20,000 nucleotides of DNA. It comes from Enoplolaimus lenunculus. Taxonomy: Eukaryota. A program made the position numbers and the translations under genes. The stretch is taken from contig JASANG010001013.1 in assembly GCA_030248215.1 (NCBI GenBank), positions 542,478 to 562,477 on the forward strand, given 5' to 3'. The notes under the pieces were generated by a model. It ran no database searches. It was given only the letters and a program-made list of their open reading frames with translations, and was not told the DNA's origin. Of the stretch, positions 11,123 through 20,000 are shown piece after piece; position 1 is the stretch's first letter, and every line of letters starts with the position of its first letter.

Positions 11123-11433
11123 TAATACATTCGTTGCTTATTCGCTATGAATCATGATTCCTGTGCCCTTACGATCTGAATATTTCTTACAGTTTCACTC
11201 GGACATAACTCTACCCCGGGGTACAAGCTCGTATCCAGCTCATCTTGCTAGGGAGGGTTAACCCAGTTTTTTCAGGGCCAACCCATCCCCGGCACTCTCT
11301 GTCTACGACCCTGCGGTATGTTAATAAAGAAACTTGCAAACTTTACGGCATTTATATGGGTGCCCATAAACGGTAAGCTAAAAAATTCGTACGATTGCGA
11401 ATGATGTATATTATAGACTAAGTTGTATTCGTA

Positions 11434-11642
11434 CACTGCAAAAAATGGTGAGTCAAATTGACTCTCTCCGAAACAGGCTTTTCCGGACTACACAAACTGA
11501 GTCAAATTCGATTCCACCAGAGCCAAACGTACGACTCAATGAGCCGAATTTGACTTTGGCGGAGTCGAATTTGACTTAATTTTTGTAGTCTAGAAAAGCC
11601 TATTTCGGAGAGAGTCAATTAGAATAACCATTTTTTGCATTG
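11434..11642. mobile_element. ~210-bp palindromic MITE flanked by TA (Tc1/mariner-type)
   Basis: TA|CACTGCAAAAAATGG...CCATTTTTTGCATTG|TA; the two halves are imperfect reverse complements. Confidence 0.8.
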
Positions 11643-12032
11643 TAGAGCAAACAAAATCTATGAAATATGTTTTATTAAAATCTAAAGCAAAATGTTTTGT
11701 CTGCCGTTTCGTTGCGGAATATTTAAACAATTCAACGTTTTATATGGTCATTCTGAGTATTTAAATTACATACTTGACCAGTCTACGCCATTGTTGTCTT
11801 CTTGTTTCTTTTATGGGCTCTAATTAGGGTTTACAAAGCATTAAATGAACTGTACTCAGGATACAGAATTCCTTTGATTGGAAACTCATAATAGAGACAT
11901 CACTTATTCGGGTTACTATAGCATATGAGGTGAAATGCAATCTAAGGTTGTGTTTGTTGTTGAACAATAAATCGTATCAAATATTATAAGACATTCTGTT
12001 TTCTTGTTATAGCAAAACTTGTTGCAAACTTG

Positions 12033-12179
12033 GGCCCATGTAAAGATCAGGGGCGGAACGTTTTTCTCGTGGACCTTGAACGGAGTAAGCTTAAGCTTTA
12101 GACTAATTTTTTTTTTGCTTAGGCTTAGGCTTAGGCATATGATTATAATACTGTTCCGCGAAAGTTCTTTACATTGGTC
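12033..12179 (-). mobile_element. TTAGGC-carrying MITE, ~27-bp TIRs starting GG, 8-bp TSD (Merlin-like signature)
   Basis: Ends GGCCCATGTAAAGATCAGGGGCGGAAC and GTTCCGCGAAAGTTCTTTACATTGGTC; perfect TSD CAAACTTG at 12025-12032 and 12180-12187; internal (TTAGGC)3. Confidence 0.85.
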
Positions 12180-13017
12180 CAAACTTGTATTTTTATTTTC
12201 AATATAATTTTCTATTATTTCGGTTTTGCTTAATAAAGCTAAAACACACATTAACAAAAAATGTGTTAATTTTGAAATCAAATAAGCTTCGTAAATGTCT
12301 ATAATTTTTTGGCGTTGTTATACTCAAAAAACCTGAAATCCCGAATTCTGAAAACGCACAATCACAGCGCCCTGCAGGCTGCGTAATTATGCTCTGGCAA
12401 AATTTCCCTTCGATTTGTTACTTTCTTACCAAGTTTCCCTTGGACTGAGGCCGTAGCCAGGGTACACGAGCCTCTGGTCTCAACCTGCGAAAAGAGCCCC
12501 TATCCGAGGCACCAACCAGGGTCGCAGCAACAATTCCAAAAACGACGGGGTACATGCGTGGAGGTACAACAGCATAATGGTGGATGGAAACTCGCGAACG
12601 AAGCGACCGAGAAGCCGAATATACGTAAATAACTGAATGCTTAATTCCAATTGGTCCGAAATCGGCAAATTTTTTTTGAAAAAACGCATGGAGTATCCGT
12701 GTTGTCGAGGGAGGGCACCCAGGCGCCCGTCCCCTAGGGTGCTAAAGGATCGATAGGCACTGGCTGAGTACTGAACACCGAGTACACTGCAAATCAACTC
12801 AAACTCATGTTGCCGTTTTTGCAGGGAAAGCTTTGATGTTATAAGCGATAGCGTTGTTACACTTCAAACGCAAGTTCTTTCAAACGAACAAAAAGCCGAG
12901 AAATGGGGCACACTTCTGATTGGCGGATTCAGAAACTTTTCAAACAGGTGCCGTTCGAAATATAATAGTGAATAAAAACTCGCGAGCGCAGTGAGCAAGA
13001 CGCCAAACGCTATTTTA

Positions 13018-13227
13018 CACTGCAAAAAATGGTGAGTCAAATTGACTCTCTCCGAACCAGGCTCTACGGGACTACACAAACTGAGTCAAATTCGACTCCG
13101 CCAGAGTCAAACGTGCGACTCAGTGAATTGAATTTGACTCTGACGGAGTCGAATTTTGACACAGTTTGCGTAGTCCTATAGAGCCTATTTCAGAGGGAGT
13201 CAATTTGACTTACCGTTTACCGCAGTG
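13018..13227. mobile_element. Second copy of the TA-flanked palindromic MITE
   Basis: TA|CACTGCAAAAAATGGTGAGTCAAATTGACTCTCTCCGAA is identical to the start of 11434; ends GCAGTG|TA. Confidence 0.8.
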
Positions 13228-13389
13228 TACTGCTAAATCTTAGGGGGCGTATGCCTGAGAGTGACCGACTTGAATCCGCCACTGCTGGACACTGCTGTAT
13301 CGATGCGAGTGTTAAGCACCTAACGAGGCGGGGGGGAGGTTGGCCTTGAAAATAATTTCAAAATGGTTTCAGATATCGGGGGGTCAAAC

Positions 13390-13507
13390 CTCGTCATATT
13401 TCCGATCTGACATTTCGGCCATACTTTCTTCTTCTTTCAACTGAACCTCAAGTGTCATCATTCGTTCTTGGTCGTTCATTGATCGATTCATTGCAACTTT
13501 CATATTT
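13390..13507 (-). CDS. lev-11: Alternative 118-bp tropomyosin exon, variant a (single copy, in the spacer), NMKVAMNRSMNDQERMMTLEVQLKEEESMAEMSDRKYDE
   Basis: Not in the ORF track; translated by hand. ttttgttag acceptor, GTTTGA donor, 118 bp, phase 2/0, 29/39 aa identical to variant b. Confidence 0.8.
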
Positions 13508-13641
13508 CTAACAAAATATCACAAACATACGGCCATCGGCGATAATTTTGCCCAAAAACATTACAACCTTAGCTGATTGGACTAAAGAATATTGGCTATG
13601 TATTCATAAAATATCTAATAACTTTATGGTGCAGCGAAATT

Positions 13642-16600
13642 AATGTATTAGGGAGTTTTATGCAACGTTTGTACACAACTGAGGGCTAGGGCAGTTAAAT
13701 AGATTAGTTAAAGACAGAGTTGTGTTCCAACTGCTCGAGGCCGAAGGCGGAGAGATGGAGCCAAGGCTCTTTAACTATTGCATTTAACAGCCCTAGGGCA
13801 CAAACCTGTGGGCCGAGGTTGTTAAAACATTGCATATAATGCCCGCAAGCAATATGACTGTTATTGCCGTGCATTTTGAGCGATATTATGTTTATTTCCC
13901 GTAAGCTGAATATCAGCCCGATGGCCGATAAGTTTAACATCCGCCCTAGGCCGATGTTAAACTTATCAGCCCTCGGGCTGACAATCTTTAAATCTGTTCT
14001 AAGTAGGAGGCAATGTGTCTTATGTCGCCCAGGCGGCATTCTTTGATGCGGGCAACAAATGTTTATCTATCTAAATATTAAAATTGGCGAAAATATTTTA
14101 GGACGGCTGAGATGCCGTCTTTATAAGCAGTTCAGGTCACGGGGAAACTAATTTCACGCCCATCATAATGCCAAAGTTACTAATTTACTATTACCTAAAC
14201 ATTTATTTAAATTTTTAAGTTGGCTAATAAATTTTAAAATTGTGCCACAAGTATTTTGGCCAATGTTACTTTAAGTGGCGTCCAGGTTTCTTGTGGGTCT
14301 ATAAAAGAGTAGATTTAGATTCTAGATGACACTTTTTGCTTAGGCTTAGGTACACATTTTTGCAACGCTTTGGCTTATGCTTAGTGTAATATAAATACGA
14401 TTAATCTACCGTTATGTCCCTAAAATTAACATTTAAATTTTTTTGGAAATTTGTTTAAAAACTCGACCGCCCGGGTACAATCTCTGGACTGTTAGCTTTC
14501 ATCGAACAATACGGCGGTCAGACCAAAGGTTATTATGCCATCTGTGAATAGCAACAGTTGTCGCCACAGGGGGGTTTGGCGAGGGCGCCGTATACCATTC
14601 GCCCCTCGTGAACTGAGTGAGCACATGAAAAAAGTTAGGATTGATTCTTGCTCTGCTCGTAAACTTGAGTTCATTGAATGGACTCGGATTTGGCAATAGA
14701 TTAGACTGAAGTTATTTTAATTATGAATATATTTTAGTTGAGAGAAAACCGTTTGTGCTTAAACTGTGACCCAGATAAGCACCTGGCAGTGTTGCAACCA
14801 CAAAGTTTATATCACCGTGGTATACATTGTAATTTCGAGCGGCTTCAGTTTAACTCAGACTGAGGTGAATTCACTCAGAAGTCTGAACTCTGAATTAGAT
14901 CTGTCCGAACTCAGAATTGTGAGTTGTTAAAACTGATTCTGATTTAATTAATCAACTCACGCGACAATAAATCAACTCAGAGTGAGTTAATATTTACTGT
15001 AACTCAAAAATAATCAAAAATGTAATTGAAGACTTGAATTTTAATACAAAATTTCCGAACGAACGCCATGATATGTGACCGACACCTTTTAGGAGCCACG
15101 TTAGGTTTGCTACTGGCCGCTGATTTAATCTGTTAACTCGTGAGACCTTTTAGCAATGTTAAAGTCGCCGTGAATCGCGCAACACAGGATCAAGAACGAA
15201 TGATGGGTTTGGAAATGCAATTGATGGAACACGAAAGCAACGCAGAAATGTCTGATCGAAAATATGACGAGGTGTTCATATTTGACCACCTGCATGTCAG
15301 CGCTATTAATGTGCAAGAATTTTGACAAACATTCAAATTTGCAACATTTCTCACAGTTTTCCTTACGCATTGTAGGCTGCTACTGTAGCAGATATTGCTG
15401 ATTTTCGCTTAATAGTTTTTAGCAAGCAGTATTAATAGTACTGGCGTCTAATTGGGTTGGTACAAAGGTCAATATTTTTAATCAAACAAGCCAAATCAGA
15501 GAGTTCAGAATCGCGAATTCGGTTGAAACCTAGGATAGTTCAAATGAGAAAAACGATCAGGGGCGGAGAGGTTTTTTGTGGGACTAGAATACAGTAAGCT
15601 TAAGCTTTAGACTAATTTTTTTGCTTGTCTTAGGCTTAGGCTTAGCAATATGCTCATTCTTATTTTTACGTTTAGACTTAAGCTTAGGCTTAGGAATATG
15701 CTTATAAAATACAGTTCCGCTCGTGTTCTTACATTGGCCCAACTTCCAAAGGCCGTCTTTGGCTCGTTTAAAATGTAAAATATCAATTATACTGGTAATA
15801 GGTGCTACACACATTTGAGAATATATGCAAAATAGCTGAATAAAAAGTAAATGGGTCCCTGTACGTAATTTCGTGCTTATATAAACGCGATAAACTGGTT
15901 TGTATCCGCGTTTATTTACTAACTCATAAAATTGAAAGTATAGATCTGATATACCTTTCCACACAAGCAAAGTTAAAGCTTAGGCTTATGATTAGGTCTA
16001 GGCTTTACGCTTAGTGAAAGCTTCAGGTTGCTAGGCAAAATTAGGCCTTTTCCTGAGCCTATGCCTAAACGCAAACAATATTGCTAACAAGTATCCAATA
16101 TACCTATTTGATTTTAAAAGACAGGTTTAAACGATGCAGAACCCGATATATAATAAAGGTTTAAGCCCTATTCAACCGTGCAAGTTTTTGCAGCAAAATT
16201 TTGCACATGATACTAGCGTGTGCAAGTTTGGTTACAAAGCAGCTTTGAATTTCTTGCAGTGTCAAATTATTCACTAGAATTCATGCTATTTAATTTAATT
16301 CGCAGACGTGAATGTAGTTGCAAGTCGATTGAATTTTTTGCACCTTCACTTTGATTGGTCGATCGGAATGTTCCATTGAAAATATTTACAGCTGCAAGTA
16401 TTTCGTGCACGTTGCAGCTGCGAGTGCTCGCTGCAAGAACTTGCACGTGTGAATTGGGTTTTACTTAAAGTGCAATTTATTTTTAATCGAAATATTTAAT
16501 GTTTTCAAATAAGTTTTACTGGTGTGGAGACATGTGTGGTAAAAAATACTAAAATAGTTTACTGTAGTGACCCAAATAAGAGGAAAATAATAAAAGGGGT

Positions 16601-19600
16601 CTCCATTTTGAGTCCCAATCAATAGGAGGCTGTATCCCTAATAAGAGTCCGTTAGCGGGATAGAGTCAATAAACTCTAATTACAGTCCACAAATGTCAAT
16701 TATCCCAAATTGTAGTGCATCATTGACTGCAGGACCTAATGAAGTTGAGTTCGAATCTTTAAAGCATACTTAAGTTTTGAAAGTACATTACTAAGTATAA
16801 CCTTGCATTATCGCTCAAGTTTTTGATACAAGACATATCAACGTTTAATTCAACGAATAGTTGCATTAACTTCGAACTGTGGTTTTCGTATTTAGTTTTC
16901 AATATAATGAAAAGTTGAAGCTTAATTTGAAATTTAAAAACGAAATATCATAATATATACCATTTGACAATTTTTAGCCCATGTAAAAATCAGAGGCGGA
17001 ACCAATATTCCGTGTGACTGAAATGGAGTATGCGTACGCTTTAGACTAATTTTTTGGTTAGGCTTAGGCTTAGGCTTAGGTGTAGGAATATGCTTATACT
17101 ACGGTTCCACCCCTGTTCTATACATTGGCCCTTACCAAATATTTTTAAGACATATATATGTTAAAATAAAAAAACAACAACAACAACTGTCTTTTATGCT
17201 TATCTGTCCATAACCATCGCTTTATACCCAAAGCTTTTATTAATATCGTGATGCTATAGTTTCGCTGTATCATTCCTTAAGCTATGATTGACTCAAAAAA
17301 AGCGTTACATTGTGTTGTGAAACTTACCAGGAAATCCTTGTGATGTCAGAAAAAGTTTGGTTCCCCTCATTTTTTGGTGATATTTTCAAATTCGAAACCC
17401 GAGGAACGATTCAAAATCGCGAGAAAAATCGGATCCAGGGGTGGGGTGGCTTAGTTTGAGGAGTCTTTGTTCCCTCAAGTAGCTTGAGTTTCAGATTGCT
17501 GACTCGTTGCCATGTTTTATTGCGAAAATTTTTTACGTCAAATGTTTGGGAGACAGAATACATTTTTTAGAATGCGAAAAGTAATGGAAAATCGCATTTT
17601 ACAAGACGAAGAAAAGAAACTACAAATTGAAGCAAATTTGAAAGATGCAGAATTATTGAGTGAGGACGCTGATAGAAAGTATGACGAGGTAAATCAAATA
17701 TTATGACGTCATAAATTGAAGTGATGGTAAAAAATGACGTATATGACAAGTAATGATGTCACTCAAGTACGCACGCAGTGACAACATTTGGTATCTATTC
17801 TGGTTGTAAACTATTCCAGAGGGCGTTTTGTGGATTTTTGGCGTATTTTTGTGAAATCCTGCTCGCGGTCTATGTTAATTATTAGAGTCTGCCCGTTGGG
17901 ATGCATGGAAAGTGGGGACTTAGCGACTGAGGCTTTGGCTTATGTATACTAATTAGGCCTAGGCGACCTTTAGGCTTAGGATTATGCTTATGTTTCGGCT
18001 TACGCTTAGGATTAGATTTAGGCTTAAGATTAGGCTTATGTTTCGGTAAAAGCTTAAGCTCAAATTTAGGCGTAGGTTTTAGTATACAGAGCGGTTAGCA
18101 TGGGCCAAAATAGCAATGATGTTGAGTTTGAAATAACGTGCGTTATTTGTCTGCTTTAATGTTGTGTGCTCATCTGCGCCCAATCGCTTTGATGCCACAT
18201 TTATGCTTCGTAAATATCCCTTGCTCTTTAGCAACTTTTTCTATTATTTATCATTGCAACACTTTTTTAATTATCGCACAGTTTTCATCTGGACATATTA
18301 TGTTTGGTAGCGACAACACTGTAAATTCCAGCGAGTTGATTTTCAGAATGAGTTGAATCACTCTGTCTGGGCTAGGACTTTCAGAACGTAGAATTTTGAG
18401 AGAATTCATTCTGAGTTAATTAAACAATTCACCCAGCGTCAACTCAACTCAGAGCGAGAATCAACTCAATTCCGAGTGAGTTTATGTTTACTGTTATTAA
18501 CTCAGAAATAACTAACTTTACGTCTGAGTTGATTAATTAACTCATTGGAATTTACAGTGAAGTCTGACTGGGAAAAATATATTGGCAAAATTATTAAACA
18601 TTTTCCAATTATGCTTTGAAATCTATTACCAGCTGGTGATCGGTGCTACAGTCATTGAAGCCGAATTCGCCACATTTTCTTGCAATCAGTAATTGCTTAA
18701 AGTGAGATAAAAAAATTTTCAATTACTGTCTTTGAACATGTTTGCTAACTCAAAGTTCATATTCCGAAGTTTTCAAAGTGACTTTTGTATTTTTAAATAA
18801 ATAACAAATTTATGTTGAAATTTCAAATTTTTGAATTTAAAATTTTGGTTTCAGGTCGCTCGCAAGCTGGGTATGGTTGAGTTGGACCTTGAACAGGCTG
18901 AAGATCGTGCCGAAGAAGGTGAAGTGTAAGTTTGGTCTTTTATTTTTGTTAATATATATCGGTTTTACAATAATTTATTTACAAATTTTAGCCAATGTTC
19001 TCTTTTTTTAACTTGTGTTAAACCCGCTTTATGCGCATTCACGTTATAACTGATCAGTCGAGTCACGTTTTGTCACATGTTGATGCACCCAGGTGCTAGC
19101 TTATAAATTTGGGGTTACTGTATTGAATTGAATTTTAGAAAAGTGGTTGAACTTGAAGAAGAGTTGCGCGTTGTCGGCAACAACTTGAAATCTCTCGAAG
19201 TCAGCGAAGAAAAACATTGAACGCGAAGAAACATACGAAGAAGAACAAATGCGATCGCTTACAACTCGACTCAAGGAGGTAAATAAGTCACTGCTGAACC
19301 ACACATCCTGATAGAACCTTTAACTCGTTTGGAAAGTCAACTACAACTATTTTACTTTATTGCTCACTATTGTAAAGTTTACGTTTTTTAATGTAAATAC
19401 AACCCGTATCCAGCTCCATATTGCTAGATATTTGGTGCAAAAATTATTCATATACTCATACAAGGGTTTACGATGAGATTTACAAACAAAAACTTTACTA
19501 TAATCTCATAAATTTTCCAGGCGTGCTGAATTAGTCTAGCCCTGCCACGTTCTGGCTACGCGACCCCGTATTAATATATATCATTGGCATTAATCGTAGT

Positions 19601-19972
19601 TGTTGTCGTTATGATTTTGTTTTAATATATTTTTCAGGCTGAAAACAGAGCTGAAAGTGCGCTCAAAAATCTGCATCTAATTTGCAAAAGGAAGTCGATA
19701 GACTATAGGGTAAGTTACAAGTTATTGTATAATGAATGTATTTATAAAACAAAGATTGTTATACACTAGCGAATGGTCTGGGAACTATTGCGCTGGTGAC
19801 ATCGTGTAGTCGTAGCATGTTTGACTCGAGCCCAAGATGGCCACGGTTTTATTCGGCGCGCGGTCTTTAACTTTGAGCAAAACATCGAACAGGGGTCGTG
19901 CAGACCGTGTAATTCTCACGGGTTCAAGTCTTCTAGACTAAAAAGCTTAACTTGAAGTCCTAAAAGTATATA
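13642..19972. repeat. Right arm of ~6.3 kb inverted duplication
   Basis: Begins aatgtattagggagtttt (reverse complement of the stretch ending at 11131); homology fades at about 19972-19978, just before the window end. Confidence 0.97.
15154..19709 (+). pseudogene. Inverted partial tropomyosin copy: exons 15154-15271, 17571-17688, 18855-18925 intact; 19139-19278 and 19638-19709 frameshifted. Pseudogene or error-laden alternate haplotype
   Basis: Exon 19139-19278 is 140 bp (vs 139) with an in-frame TGA at 19218-19220. Exon 19638-19709 is 72 bp (vs 70). No 5' exons or terminal exon are seen for this copy in the window. Confidence 0.7.
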
Positions 19973-20000
19973 CGTAACTGAAACTGTTAAAAAGTACATA

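Larger units (their letters stand above)
4757..11131. repeat. Left arm of ~6.3 kb inverted duplication
   Basis: Reverse complement aligns colinearly with 13642-~19972; mirrored ORFs (9390..9635/15125..15370, 7027..7221/17512..17706, 10716..10898/13864..14046). Confidence 0.97.

Noticed and set aside
11774..11819. Possible minus-strand mini-exon PIKETRRQQWRRLV ending at a GTATGT donor in phase 2
   Set aside because: Weak acceptor (AATTAG), in-frame stop just upstream, no start codon, no tropomyosin similarity.

Overview
AT-rich eukaryotic DNA, most likely from a nematode with large introns (dispersed TTAGGC telomere-type repeats, TTTCAG/TTTTAG acceptors, nematode-type tropomyosin). The minus strand carries the 3' part of a tropomyosin gene. 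Its exons at 7045-7162, 5803-5873, 5454-5592, 5026-5095 and 3897-3979 splice in frame into 159 aa, equivalent to residues ~126-284. Two further 118-bp paralogous versions of the first of these exons lie upstream (9489-9606 and 13390-13507), a probable mutually exclusive exon cluster. The window is dominated by a ~6.3 kb inverted duplication (~4757-11131 vs 13642-~19972) around a 2.5 kb unique spacer. It creates a second, plus-strand partial tropomyosin copy whose distal exons are frameshifted. This may be a real fold-back duplication or a mis-joined haplotype, and the sequence alone cannot decide. A plus-strand exon at 824-981, missed by the ORF track, encodes a complete ShKT domain. The rest is intronic or intergenic and dense in small non-autonomous elements: a TTAGGC-carrying MITE with GG-starting TIRs and 8-bp TSDs, TA-flanked palindromic MITEs, a tRNA-like SINE head and minisatellites. 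Nearly all other ORF-track entries are spurious.
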